Shown piece by piece: positions 1 through 14,739 of a stretch of DNA of 64,000 nucleotides. Position numbers and translations under genes: made by a program. Within the stretch, counting starts at the first letter, position 1, and each line of letters begins with the position of its first letter. Source of the stretch: Octopus vulgaris (lineage: Eukaryota); NCBI GenBank assembly GCA_951406725.2, contig OX597827.1, positions 45,136,001 through 45,200,000 on the forward strand, read 5' to 3'. The notes beneath the pieces were generated by a model. It did not search any database. It saw nothing but the letters and a program-made list of their open reading frames with translations, and was not told where the DNA came from.

Positions 1-74
1 AGCATACTAACTGGTTTGAATTCACTTCCCAAGATACAAATTTCAGCGTACAATTTTACGTCAAGAATCACAAA

Positions 75-166
<92 letters not shown>

Positions 167-174
167 CTCCATCC

Positions 175-254
<80 letters not shown>

Positions 255-1097
255 GTCTATCTATCTGTCTATCAGTCTGTCTGTCCGTCTGCCTGCGAAC
301 GCGCGCGAGTATGTATGTATGTATGTATGTATGTATGTATGTATGTATGTATGTATGTATGTATGTGTGTATGCATGTATGTAAATGCGTTTATAGCTTT
401 TCTTGTCGTGCATCAGTGAGGGTGTAAACATTGCCGAAAAACCAGTGCTCTTTGAACGAAATCCCTTTTCATCATCTGTACAGGTACTCCCATAGTGTAG
501 ACCAGTAACTTACCCGTTTGAAACCTGTAGCTAACGACGCCATTCTTCAATATTGCAATATAGAATAATTAATGACTATATAAATAAAAATTGAGCCTTT
601 TGTTGTTAATCTTGAAATAAGTTCTCATCCAACAGACCCGTGACCAAAGGCGTTCCTAACATGACTATTCCATTTCTTTCTCTGGTATTGGGTACCTAGG
701 ACTACATAGCCAAAACGTGCGCCTCTTGTTTCGACACCGTAGGATAATAAATTCGAGGGTAATTAGACTACTGCTGTTGTTTCTAGCAAGTCGAGTCATA
801 CCGTCTCAGTGTGAATACGTACTTCTTTTTCTTCCTTTATTGAAGCGAGTAGGGTGTGATTTTGAGGTAGATTTGGCTGCCATTTCTAGCATGTGGAGCG
901 ATCGCATAGAGGCGATTTTCTCTTGACGGGAGGTGGTTCACACTTAGCGCTTACGGCAAAACGATACCTTCGTCAATTGCATTTCACATACTACAGCACC
1001 ACCACCAACAACAACAACTACTACTACTACTACTACCATACCCCCTCGAACATCCCGTCCACCACCACTGCTATTAACATCCCTATCACCACTCCCT

Positions 1098-1153
<56 letters not shown>

Positions 1154-1713
1154 GCTACTACCACAGCGGTTGCTATTTTGCAAAGAATATAAACAAGACG
1201 GGTAGAGTAGGGTAGGTAGGGCCGCAGTGGCGTGATGAAGAAGGAAAGAACGAAAGAAAGAAAGAAAGGATGGAAGGAAGAAGGAAAGGTCGAAATTGAA
1301 CCGAACAGAGAGTCGATCCGGGTAGCAGACCCTTGTTTCTGAGAGGCTACCGGAGTCGTAATATTTACATACAGAAAGAAGGCAGAGTTAAGAGCTCTTA
1401 GGTTTTTGTTTTTGTTTTTGTTGTTTGTATTGGATTAATGAAAATACCGGGTAAGACAGTCTAAGGAGGATAGCAGCGAACGGCAGCGGGTAGCGTCGGA
1501 CCATTTTCGTATGGGACAGTAACCGAAAAAACAACAACAACAACAACAACAACAACACCAGCAAACCCACCGCATACATACGTTAGAAAATTTTTATACG
1601 GGATCATTCGAACGGTGGAGTTTCTTCAGTCGCGCGGACACACGGAAACCCTCAGCGGCCAAACAGCATTCACAAAGCCTGCTGCTGCCGGGGAAGGACA
1701 TATTTAAATAGGA

Positions 1714-1870
1714 ATGCCGAGGATCAAATACCAGCGGTTGGGACCGTCCCTGGACAACACTCATGCCGGACATGTAACCGCAAGGCTTCAGGATATATTA
1801 CTTCTAATACTTCTACTGTTGGTCACTTTCTCCGGCCACTCAGTGTCCGCCGAATATGATGATACGAATG
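1714..1870 (+). CDS. Exon 1 of secreted/GPI-anchored ADEL/DUF3011-like lectin gene (signal peptide)
   Basis: ATG 1714 with in-frame TAA 9 nt upstream; MPRIKY...QDILLLILLLLVTFSGHSVSA|EYDDTN has a hydrophobic core and VSA cleavage motif; phase-1 donor ATG|GTTTGT at 1871 matches the phase of the next exon. Confidence 0.75.
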
Positions 1871-1909
1871 GTTTGTACTGTTTTTCTCTAGAAATTCTTT
1901 TATATTGCA

Positions 1910-1962
<53 letters not shown>

Positions 1963-1984
1963 ATGTGCTTGTGTAAATGTATAC

Positions 1985-2386
1985 TCTTTTTACTTGTTTC
2001 AGTCATTTGACTGCGGCCATGCTGGAGCACCGCCTTTAGTCGAGCAAATCGACCCCGGGACTTATTCTTTGTAAGCCCAGTACTTATTCTATCGGTCTCT
2101 TTTGCCGAACCGCTAAGTGACGGGGACGTAAACACACCAGCATCGGTTGTCAAGCAATGCTAGGGGAACAAACACAGACACACAAACATATTCACACACA
2201 CTTATATATATATACATATATACGAGAGGCTTCTTTCAGTTTCCGTCTACCAAATCCACTCACAAGGCATTGGTCGGCCCGGGGTTATAGCAGAAGACAC
2301 TTGCCCAAGATGCCACGCAGTGGGACTGAACCCGGAACCATGTGGTTGGTTAGCAAGCTACTTACCAAACAGCCACTCCTGCGCCT
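1985..2386 (-). mobile_element. tRNA-derived SINE family A (head ggcgcaggagtggctgtgtggtaag, internal microsatellite, tail gactgaaacaagtaaaag)
   Basis: About 20 near-identical copies in the window with A/B-box-like head. Confidence 0.9.
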
Positions 2387-2417
2387 ATACATACATACAT
2401 ACAAATGTGTGTATCTA

Positions 2418-2646
2418 TGATTTCTTTACTGCCCACAAGGGGCTACACACAGAGGGGACAAGCAAAGGCAGACAAACGGATTAAGTCGATTATATCGACC
2501 CCAGTGCATAACTGGTACTTATTTAATCGACCCCGAAAGGATGAAAGGCAAAGTCGACCTCGGCGGAATTTGAACTCAGAATGTAGCGGCAGACGAAATA
2601 CAGCTAAGCATTTCGCCCGGCGTGCTAACATTTCTGCCAGCTCGCC
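2418..2646 (-). mobile_element. SINE family B (ggcggcgagctggcagaa..gtcgactttgcctttcatcctttcggggtcgat, Meta-domain-like core)
   Basis: More than 15 copies in the window. Confidence 0.85.
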
Positions 2647-2694
<48 letters not shown>

Positions 2695-2820
2695 TGTATG
2701 AATGCATGTATGTATATATACATATATGTACGCTTGAATTTGTGAGTGTATATATATATATATACACATATGTATATTTTTATATAAATATGTATAAACA
2801 CACACACATACACACATTCA

Positions 2821-2904
2821 CACATTCCCTCGACTATCGCGGGTGTTGCGTTCCAAAATCCCGTGCGACAGGTGAAAATCCGCGAAGTAGAAACGGTACT
2901 GTCC

Positions 2905-2960
<56 letters not shown>

Positions 2961-3122
2961 GGTTTGGAGATGATGTACACGTATTCTATATTAGAAGAAA
3001 TGAGGTACTCAGAAATTCGGATGGTTTTATAATTACATATATATATTTGTATATTACATGTTCTTATACATCATATATCATATATTAGCGCTTTCGTCCA
3101 TTCTAGTGGAGTTTTCAAATTG

Positions 3123-3183
<61 letters not shown>

Positions 3184-3184
3184 C

Positions 3185-3224
<40 letters not shown>

Positions 3225-3581
3225 CATATATATATATAAGCATATTACTCTACCACTGGTATTTGAGTACTCCTTTTTCCACCTTGTTTCACATTTATGT
3301 GTTTACTCCGGTATATATATATATATATATACATATTTTTTAATTATTCTTATATAATTTGGTATGCAAGTACTGTGACAGAAGCGTATTCAATCATATT
3401 AGAAGAAATGAGGTACTCAGAAATTCGATTAAGTGACCTCTAAGCTAAATTGAACGTCTGCATAGACGAAAAGGCCCGATTATATAAAAACAACACCACG
3501 GAGGAATCGACGTAAGCTTAAATAATAAACCGCGATAGATGAACCGTGATAGGTGAACAGCGATATAGCGAATGATTACTC
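2821..3581. mobile_element. Tigger/pogo-like MITE filled with (TA)n
   Basis: Left end tccctcgactatcgcgg..ggtgaaaatccgcga and right end ccgcgatag..gcgatatagcgaatgattact form diverged TIRs with subterminal ccgcgat repeats. Confidence 0.55.
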
Positions 3582-3767
3582 TATATATACATACAAGATC
3601 CGTTTGTCTGTCCTTGTTTGTCCCATCTGTGTTTAGCCCCTTGTGGGTAGTAAAGAAATATATATATATACATACATGCATGCATACATACATACATACA
3701 TACATACATACATACATACATACATACATACATACACACACACACATACATATTCTTTTATTGTTAT

Positions 3768-4189
3768 TTGTTTCAGTCATTTGACTGCGGTCATGCTGGA
3801 GCACCGCCTTTAGTCGAGCAAATCGACCCCAGGACGTATTCTTTGTAAGCCTAGTACTTATTCTATCGGTCTATTTTCGCCGAACCGCTAAGTTACGGGG
3901 ACGTAAACACACCAGCTTCTTGCAGTTTCTTTCCGTCTACCAAATCCACTCTCAAGCGCTCCTACACCTGTATATATATACACATATGTATTCTTTTCTT
4001 TGTTTCAGTCATTTGACTGCGGCCATGCTAGAGCACTGCATTTAGTCGAAGAAATCGACCCCAGGACTTATTCTTTGTAAGCCTAGTACTTACTCTATCC
4101 GTCTATTGGCCGAACCGCTAAGTTACGGGGACGTAAAGACACCAGCATCGGTTGTCAAGCAATGGTGGGGGTGGGAGGTGACAAACACA

Positions 4190-4223
<34 letters not shown>

Positions 4224-4793
4224 CATTTCAGTTTCCGTCTACCAAATCCACTCACAATGCTTCGGTCGGTCCGAGGCTATAGTAGATGACACCTGCCTGA
4301 GGTGTCACGCAGTGAAACTGAACCCGGAAGCATGTGGTCGAGAAGCAAGCTTCTTACCACACATCCACTCCTGCAAGTATGTATATATCATTTTGATATG
4401 TGATTATATGTACTCTTTACTCTTTTATTTGTTTCAGTCATTTGACTGCGGCCATGCTGGAGCACCGCCTTTAATCGACCAACTCGACCCCAGGACTTAT
4501 TCTTTGTAAGCCTAGTACTTACTCTATCCGTCTATTGGCCGAACCGCTAAGTTACGGGGACGTAAAGACACCAGCATCGGTTGTCAAGCAATGGTGGGGG
4601 ACAAACACAGACACACAAACACACACATACATACATACATACATTTCAGTTTCCGTCTACCAAATCTTCTCACAATGCTTCGGTCGGTCCGAGGCTATAG
4701 TAGATGACACCACCTGAGGTGCCACCAGTGGGACTGAACCCAGAACCATGTGGTCGGGAAGCAAGCTTCTTACCACACATCCACTCCTGCGCC
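3768..4793 (-). mobile_element. Three adjacent SINE family A copies
   Basis: Repeated tail/core/head sequence; the last two share private variants. Confidence 0.85.
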
Positions 4794-5029
4794 TATATAT
4801 GAGAGTTTATTTTATGAAGATGGTGACTCAATATGTCGTTACTCCAAGTTTCTTACCAAATGCTGCTTTTCAGAACAATGTTTCTTCCACCCTTATGTCA
4901 CCCGAGATCGATAAAATACGTATTGGGGTAGATAACGAGTATAGCTTAAAAAGTCGTACACCATCATATCTGCATAGAGGTATTGAAGCCTATTAAAGTT
5001 TTTTTTTAAATACACGTATGCTCCTATAC

Positions 5030-6120
<1,091 letters not shown>

Positions 6121-6631
6121 AAGCTCAATTAAAATACCGCTGATGAAGATGAGCAAAGCAAAACTTCGAAATCACAGTCAACTTTTTCATTTTAAAACTT
6201 AATACGTACTCCACTAAAAAAGTATTGAGGAATCTTTCAGCTTAATATTATTTGTTTTTAATACACACACACACAGACGCATGCACACACGCGCACATAC
6301 ACACACACACGAGTATGTATACACACACACATGTATGTATACACACACACAAGTATGTATGTATATATATATACACACGCATACATACTTGTGTGTGTGA
6401 ATTTTTTTTTTACTTTTACTTGTTTCAGTCATTTGGACTGCGGCCATGCTGGAGCATCACCTTCAGTCGAACAAATCGACCCCAGGACTTATTCTTTGTA
6501 AGCCTAGTACTTATTCTATAGGCTTCTTTTCCTGAACCGCTAGTTTACGGGGATGTAAACACACCGACATCGGTTGTCAAACGATTTAGGTGGGGGGCAA
6601 TCACAGGCACACGCACACACACACACACACA

Positions 6632-6717
<86 letters not shown>

Positions 6718-6725
6718 TTAATAAA

Positions 6726-6955
6726 GGCGGCATGCTGGCAGAAACGTTAGCACGCCGGGCGAAATGCGTAGCCGTATTTCGTCTGCCGTTACGTTCTGAG
6801 TTCAAATTCCGCCGAGGTCGACTTTGCCTTTCATCCTTTCGGGGTCGATAAATTAAGTACCAGTTTACGCACTGGGGTCGATGTAATCGACTTAATCCGT
6901 TTGTCTGTCCTTGTTTGTTCCCTCTGTGGTTAGCCCCTTGTGGGTAGTAAAGAAA
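6726..6955 (+). mobile_element. SINE family B
   Basis: Full copy. Confidence 0.85.
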
Positions 6956-7278
6956 TATATATTTAATGCCTGCGTGTGTGTGTGTGTGTGTTAGCATAAG
7001 ACTAACATACTTCCCAATCATTTCTTAATTAGTCAAGTGGCTGATGTACAAGTCCATTAACCTGAAGTTCGCATGTTCATAATGTTTCAACCGTCAGGCA
7101 CCTATTTGCAGCTGAAGTAATAGTGGAGGTGATTCGGACTAAATTATCTGTCACAGACACAGGACCGCGCAGTTCTGGTAACAAGAATCAAAACCCCAAT
7201 TCTTAGATTGCTCAATAAACACTCTGACGACCACTAATCCATATACGGCGCTTTATAATGTTGTTATTGCTGTATTTT

Positions 7279-7666
7279 GTGGAGGCGCAATGGCCCAGTG
7301 GTTAGGGCAGCGGACTCGCGGTCGTAGGATCGCGGTTTCGATTCCCAGACCGAGCATTGTGAGTGTTTATTGAGCGAAAACACCCAAAGCTTCACAAGGC
7401 TCCTGCAGGGGGTGGTGGTGAATCCTGCTGTACTCTTTCACCACAACTTTCTCTCACTCTTTCTTCCTGTTTTTGTTGTACCTGTCTTTCAAAGGGGCCA
7501 GCCTTGTCACACTCTGTGTCACGTTGAATCTCCTCGAGAACTACGTTAAGGGTACACGTGTCTGTGGAATGCTAAGCCACTTGCACGTTAATTCCACGAG
7601 CAAGCTGTTCCGTTGATCGTATCAGCTGGGACCCTCATCGTCGTAACCGACGGAGTGCTCCTACTA
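7279..7666 (+). mobile_element. tRNA-derived SINE family C (ggaggcgcaatggcccagtggttagg) with 15-bp TSD
   Basis: TSD ttattgctgtatttt at 7264-7278 and 7667-7681. Confidence 0.9.
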
Positions 7667-8210
7667 TTATTGCTGTATTTTAGTATGAGGACACATAACT
7701 TAGTTGTTAGGGTGTTGTACTCGCAATTGCAAGATCATGGTTTCAGTTCCTAGACCATGGGGCGTGTTGTGCTGTACTGTTTTGAGCACAGCACTTCATC
7801 TCACTTTGCTCTGCTATCACTTCGACTCCTGACGTTTCATACACTGTGCTCCTGTTCAGGCAGCAGTGATTTGATGGAAGGAGTGAACTAATGTACTGCA
7901 CGTACATTTGATCACTATGAAACAAGTCATTTGTACAGGTTTGTTCAGCAACAGATTACAGAACCTTCTTTCTTAGACTACGAGAAACCACCATCCTTGC
8001 TGTACGTTAGTGATATATTCAGAGGAGGAAGACCAGGGTTCATGACCCTTTCAAAGTCTCGTTCACTGACTGTAGGAAGGGACGAAGTTATTCTCAGACT
8101 GGACATCTAGTCACAGTGCTTGAAACAAAATGGTGTAAGCAAATGTGTAGAGGATTGTCTTAAACGGGACGATAGATTTGGATTCCTGTTTGGCTTTTTT
8201 TTGCTATAGA

Positions 8211-8373
8211 GGCGTAGGAGTGGCTGTGTGGTAGGTAACTTGCTTACGAGCCACATAGTTCCGGGTTCAGTCGCACTGCGTGGCACTTGGGGCAAGTGTC
8301 TTCTACTATAGCCTCGGGCCGAATAAAGCCTTGTGAGTGAATTTGGTAGACGGAAACTGAAAGAAGCCCGTCG

Positions 8374-8410
<37 letters not shown>

Positions 8411-8642
8411 ATATATGTATATGTATATATATGTGTGTGTTTGTGTGTCTGTGTTTGTCTCCTCAACATCGCTTGACAACCGATGCTGGTGTGTTTACGT
8501 CCCCATAACTTAGCGGTTCGGCAAGAGAGACCGATAGAATAAGTACTAGGCTTACAAAGAATAAGTCCTGGGGTCGATGTGCTCGACTAAAGGTGGTGCT
8601 CCAGCATGGCCATAGTCAAATGACTGAAACAAGTAAAAGAGT
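8211..8642 (+). mobile_element. SINE family A
   Basis: Full head-to-tail match to other copies. Confidence 0.9.
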
Positions 8643-8649
8643 AATATCT

Positions 8650-9000
8650 AGAGGGAGGAGCAGTATGTCCTCATTATTAATACTCCCAATGGATCTTTGT
8701 GAGTTAATACTTTAGAAAAAGTCGGGAAAGACATGTGAAGAAGTTCTAGAAGGCTAGCATTCTGGGAAGAATGGAAGTACTAAACTTAACGATTAGTGCA
8801 AGATCTGGAGGGTTTGACACAATAAGAAGCATGAGAAAAGGGGGAGTCAAATGGGTCGGGAATGCTTGGGCGAATGTAAAACGAACCCATCCAGGCTCCC
8901 AGGAGCCGAAGCCTTTATCATAGCGGTAGAAAAGGCAGAGAAAAAAGAAAGCACATCTGTAGTCAGCTGCTGGAGCCTATCTGTGAATGACTGTATGTAA
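8650..9000 (-). mobile_element. Decayed CR1/Jockey-group LINE 3' fragment
   Basis: Remnant LQQL..FYRY..G..S.E pattern on the minus strand. Confidence 0.35.
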
Positions 9001-10219
9001 GTTAGTTGTTTGACCCTTTTCTAGATGTAATCTTAGATATTTGTATGTACAACGGCAATACCATCCCAGATAAGAGAGCACTACTCCATGGTAGGTCTGG
9101 CGCGAGTCTTGTAAAGCTGTTGCAGACTGAAGTTTCTTCCGGCGTTGTTGTTGTTGTTAAGCAACAAGACGGGTAAGGGTGATTAGGTGATGGTCTAGGC
9201 TTAGGGGCGGGAGACCCCAGACCTTGGAAAAAAAACAACTTTGGTCGTCTTGTTGTAGTCGAGGGCTCTTCGTTGACGCCCGACACCGCTGGGAGGTGGC
9301 CCTCGAAGTCGCTAGAAATGGAGATCTCCAGGTCCGAATTCTTGAACGGCTTCTTCCGGCGTTGAAGAGAGGGGCCAGTCATTGGAAGAAAACTCTTGTT
9401 ATGGACAGAAACAGTTTTTACTATAAACTTCCGCACGATTTCTGTCTATTAAATATTCTTCACAAGGCTTTGATTGACTCGTGGGTTATGTAAGGTGCCG
9501 TGATGTAGGATCGTGACCAAAGTTCCCGAAACTCTAATCCTAACTTAACCACACAACCCTACCTGCATACAGGGGGAAAACCTAGTCAAACCGAACAGTT
9601 ATTAAAGGTATGCCAGCCGTGACCATCTAGCATATTTGAGGCTGACCTAGGGTCAAACGACTTCGTTAACGCCGCCGCCGCCGCCGCCACCGCCACCGCT
9701 ACCACCACCACCACCACCACCACCACCACCACCACCACTGTATGGTGAGGAGTGTATGAGCCGCACACTGGCGTACGAGTGGTTCAGACGTTTCCAAGAT
9801 GAACGATACGAATTCTCTGCTCAACTTTATCTGTGACGGTCAATGCAACGATCACACGCTACACATCTTCCTTCTAAGCACGGTTGTAAGCAGCAGAAGT
9901 GAGCTAGAACGTTGAAACTTAGTGTGCATGCATAGCAGCCTTTAAGGTCAATCTGTGCGAAGCGGCTTTATTGTGCGTGCCTTAGCTTCGTTACTATGCC
10001 AACAGTCAGGATACTTATTGATTTGACCATGTACACACAGATATCTCAACAGATCACAAGTCATATATTTTTGTAGTAACTCAACTACTACTGCTGCCCC
10101 CAACCCCTCACCTCTATTTTAAGAGTTTCAAAACTGTAATATAAAACATGTTATGGATATTTTATACTAATTTATTAATATTATTTTAAGATGAAATTTG
10201 TATTTCCCCCCTTAAACAG

Positions 10220-10435
10220 GATGTCATGAAAGAATTCAAAAAGCATCATCTTCTGAAAACCAGCCATTCGAGGGACAAGCTACCAGGGGTTATGTTATTA
10301 ACTCCTTGAAAGTACTTAGGCAAATTTCTTCGCAAGAATGTCTCCCCAATGTAATGTATGGGTATACGCTCACATCATGGTGGGTGAAAAAGGGATGCAT
10401 TGCAAAGTTTAAAATAGAAGAATGTCATCTTGCCG
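10220..10435 (+). CDS. Exon 2, lectin domain 1 (ADEL/DUF3011-like)
   Basis: Acceptor ttccccccttaaacag|, donor GCCG|GTAAGT, 216 nt, phase 1-1, open: GCHERIQKASSSENQPFEGQATRGYVINSLKVLRQISSQECLPNVMYGYTLTSWWVKKGCIAKFKIEECHLA; Q-x-S-x(2-3)-C...GY...WVxxGCxAxF motif as in Aplysia egg/gonad lectins. Confidence 0.9.
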
Positions 10436-10479
10436 GTAAGTTCTACTTTTGATTTATATTGTTGTTGTCATTGCTGCCG

Positions 10480-10908
10480 TTGTTTTTGTCGTTGCTGATT
10501 TTGTTGCTGTTGTGACTATAGTTGTTGTTGCTATTGCGTTGCTATTGTTGTTTGATGCTACTGTTGATGTATTTGCTGTTGGTGGATGCTGATACTGTCG
10601 TTATTTCGGTGCTGTTGCTGTCGTTTTTGTCGTTGCTGATTTTGATGCTGTTGTGACTATAGTTGTTGTTGCTATTGCGTTGCTATTGTTGTTTGGTGCT
10701 ACTGTTGATATTATTTGCTGTTGGTGGATGCTGATACTGTCGTTATTTCGGTGCTGTTGCTGTCGTTTTTGTCGTTGCTGATTTTGATGCTGTTGTGACT
10801 ATAGTTGTTGTTGCTATTGCGTTGCTATTGTTGTTTGGTGCTACTGTTGATATTATTTGCTGTTGGTGGATGCTGATACTGTCGTTATTTCGGTGCTGTT
10901 GCTGTCGT
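10480..10908. repeat. Tandem repeat, 141-142 bp x3, GTT-rich
   Basis: Unit starts at 10482, 10623, 10765. Confidence 0.9.
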
Positions 10909-11120
10909 TATTGTTGTTGGTGCCGCAGTTCTTGGTGATGCTGCTTTATTTTTTCTTTTGGTGTCGTCGCTGTTGTGCTGCTGCCACCGTCGTTGTTTTT
11001 GCTGATGTTTCCTGCTACTTTTGTTATCGTTATCGTCACTGTCGTCGTCGTCGTCGTTGTTGCTGTCATTGTTGCTGGTGTCGTTGTTGTGGTTTTGTTG
11101 CTAATCTTGTTGATCCTGAA

Positions 11121-11177
<57 letters not shown>

Positions 11178-11736
11178 GAGTGAGAGAGCAGTGCATGCCA
11201 TCAAAGTGACACTGGGGTAAAATATACGAAGCCCAGTATACCCATCATGACTACCGATCTGATAAGGGTACACTAGGCACTTGCATCACAACCATATGTG
11301 CGCGACATGGTGATCTCATATCAAGATAAACAGCACATGACCTTGCAGGTGGGGTGCAGTCAGAATTTTCTTCTGGTCGAGTAGCCCATCCCGCTCAAAA
11401 GATCTCTGAATAAGGGTTGTTTAAGGATGTTAACTGAAACACCCATGTTTCCAGAGGTGAATTATTCAAACCCCAAAGAATCCCTCTCAACACATGGCTA
11501 TGATGCTCCCCCACTAATTCTGCTCGTGATCTGAGATGCACACGCATATCGTCAGCCACCAAGGGACATGCTCAACTGGTTAAGGTCAAACAACTGACGA
11601 GCAAATCTGTGGTATTGAGCAGAATATTTGCTGTAGCCCATCTTTTATACCAAGACAAAACAATGTACATGATAACACTTCCAATCAGTTAAGATCAGAA
11701 GCCATGAGAGCCACTGCCTGGTACTGCATCAGGGCT

Positions 11737-11769
<33 letters not shown>

Positions 11770-12569
11770 GCTACTGCTCCTGCACATGGTATTATTCTTG
11801 CTACTGAGCAGAGACACATGATCAAAAGCATTCCAAACGTGATCCCCCAGGGCCACATAATCCAGTGCATCACACCTTATCCAAGACTTCGGCATGTGAT
11901 TACGAAGCGAATTAACTGCTGTCACCTCTAGCAACTGATGGGACCACGCAGAGGCTCCCTCGTAAATAGTTGCCAATTATTTTGTTGCTGTGACTGCTGT
12001 TGTTTTTGTTGTTGCTGTTTTTGCTTTGGCTTGTGTTCATGTTGTAGTGTTACTGTTGCCCTTTTTGTTGTTGTTGTTGTTGTTTCTGATATTGCTATTA
12101 TTGATGTTGTTGTCGTCATGATTGTTGTGTTGCTGTCACCCCTTGTCCTTATTTTTGTCGCTTAATTCAAAGTCAATTCGGATTCAGCAGACCTCTAATC
12201 AAAAGGCTTTCCATCCATGAGCATCCCGTCTTTTTTTTCCTTTTCCATACACTATCCTGATGTATCTTTCGCTTTATTAAAAAAAAAGAAAAGGAAGTTT
12301 TCGATGCCATTTTTTGTTTTAGTAGAATGAGCGACCCTAAAGAGGTTCTGTCTAATCAGCTCGGGTGAATAGGCGGGTGGATAAAGATCCTTTGATCCAT
12401 GGTTAATAAAAAACAAACAAACAAAAAAAAACACACCAAAATGCAAAGACAAAACATGTTGGGGATCTTACTGTGAAGTCCGACATACTCGGGATATTTG
12501 TGGTTGCTGTTGTTGTTGATGCTGTCGTTTCAGTCTTCCTGATCCAAGCTCCCCACCAGCTGCTGCTGT

Positions 12570-12634
<65 letters not shown>

Positions 12635-13244
12635 TCAGTTATCAGCGAAGCGTGAATGCAACCACTCGACCTGCTCGTAGTAGCAGCCAAATCTCTCTCA
12701 ACTCATGCGCTGTAATCTTAAAAGTAGGAAGAACGTCGGAGAATTTTGTCATGAATGGCAGGATGGATGGGTGCGCTATGTCTGAATAAAAGGTGGGACG
12801 GCCGTGGCTGGAATGCTTTTGATCGTAAGTCTATTCAATCATGGTTGGCCTAGGGTTAAACAATAACGACAAGAACAGCAATAACAGAGAGAGAAAGAGA
12901 GAGAGAGTGAGAGAGAGTGAGAGAGAGAGAGAGGTGGAGGGTGGGGGAATTAGTGAGGAGAGGGTGAATATTGAGGCTGGGCAATGGAAAAGCCTCGTTC
13001 TGGCATCCGTAGTGTAGTCAGAAATGTACAGATTTGAGCATTCTCGGCAGATATACCAACGACAGACTCCGCTTCCTGTCTTACAGGTGGCTAATATATT
13101 TGGTTTAGGCGAGGCTCTGACCCATTTGGACAAAGCCAATGGCTTCTACAAGCACTACCGTCCTCTGGCAAGGACACACTGGATAGTTGCCTGGTATCCC
13201 AACAAGTGTATGGGGCCCAACCTTGCCTAACCTTGCCGTTGATA

Positions 13245-13460
13245 CGAGTGGGTGCTGAAAAGTTCCTGGTTTTAAGGGTGTAGCGAAAGGCTTGGTTGGA
13301 GGACCAACTTTCCGTCTTCTTTTGCAGGGTTTAAAAAAAACTGAAGCACTGCAATAAGTGTGTGAAACTGAGAGGGGAATATGTTGAATAAAATCATAAT
13401 TAAGTGAGCCTCCTGTATTTTCTTTTTACCCAAAGTCAGGAACTTTTCAGCACTACCTCG
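13245..13460. mobile_element. Mariner-derived MITE
   Basis: TIRs cgagtgggtgctgaaaagttcctg / caggaacttttcagcactacctcg, TA flanks, 216 bp. Confidence 0.8.
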
Positions 13461-13519
13461 TAAATAAATACTATAGGGTTCAAGGCATTTATTTTCCCCC
13501 TTGGCCTAAATGTTGTTAA

Positions 13520-14070
13520 GGCAGCACTGCCATATAGGATGAGCCACCGCGACTCGGTAGCGGTGGTTCAGTGCTGACGGTTTCCGACTCGTTCTCAAAG
13601 ACTTGATTACTTCGATGTACAGCGGTGGATTTACGTACTCTGTTCGTCAAAGTTGTGTCATCACTCACGCCGTACCTTTACGTTTTAGTTCTTTAGTCAT
13701 CGCTGCAGGAACCCAGAGTCCTTGTTGAGATTTTTTCGCTCGAACTGGGACGCAGGAGGGTCGTGCTGGACATCATAGTAATCGTGATGGTCTGCACTGT
13801 ACTGAATAAATATGAGCCGATGACATGAGTACGCATTTAACGAGGACAAACTGGTGAGTTTGTAGTTCGATACGGTGGCAAATCAAAGTTGGGAAGCATT
13901 TGGGTCTGTGGAGCGAGGGTCATGTTAAGATGCTTGGTCTCGTTTGCGCGTCAAACCTTTTGGTGTAGAGTGCTTGGGATAAGTTAGATTACTAGCGGGG
14001 TTACCAGCGTCACACAGTAATGGGCTGAAAGGAAGCTAAAACAGAATGCACGCGCTTTGATGGCGGATTC
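13520..14070 (+). mobile_element. Highly decayed L1/Tx1-like reverse transcriptase fragment
   Basis: SVRQSC (cf. SVRQGCPLSP) and GHVKMLG remnants; many stops. Confidence 0.4.
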
Positions 14071-14375
14071 ATACATCATCCATGATGGGTATATTTTGGC
14101 GTAAGACCATTAATTTTGGGGAAGGGCTAAGTTGATTACATAGAACCCAGTGTTCAACTGGTACTTGTTATCGACCTCTAAAGGATGAAACACAAAATCG
14201 ACCCCGGCGGAATTTGAACCGAATATGAAAGACGGACGATATGCTGCTTGAATTTTGCTCAACGTGATAACAATTTGGCCAGCCGGCTGCCTTGTCCATG
14301 TTATTTATTACTGCCGAAATATCTTATCTACCTACCTACCTACCTACCTACCTACCTACCTACCTACCTACCTAC

Positions 14376-14423
<48 letters not shown>

Positions 14424-14465
14424 AATACAGGTAACCCGCATTGTTACTCCTCATCCATTTCTCTG

Positions 14466-14507
<42 letters not shown>

Positions 14508-14739
14508 GTATGTATGTATGCATATATATGTATATATATATATACATACATAAATACATACATACATACAAGCATGCATATATGCATGCACACACACACG
14601 CACGCACACACACACATACACACACACAGAGTGACACACACACATAGTCACACACACACTCACGGTTGACGAGCGAACGACACATTAAGTTGTATAGAGC
14701 CGGATGAAGATGTCATTAAATAAGTAATATATATATATC

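Noticed and set aside
1701-1710. TATTTAAATA as a TATA box
   Set aside because: Only 3 nt from the ATG; no evidence for the transcription start
3083-3121. Minus-strand UUGAAAA..UCCA/UGGA..GAAA-GCGC-UA
   Set aside because: Two core mismatches and only 2 bp of helix I
7281-7355. tRNA gene-like sequence (also 21291, 32180, 43705)
   Set aside because: SINE heads continuing into SINE bodies, with TSDs in two cases; no complete cloverleaf
9740-9806. Mariner HTH-like peptide YGEECMSRTLAYEWFRRFQ on the + strand
   Set aside because: Too short and no TIRs found; element limits cannot be defined
11180-11735. Complex sequence between (ATT)n and (ATC)n tracts
   Set aside because: Probably an interspersed repeat, but single-copy in this window and without diagnostic motifs
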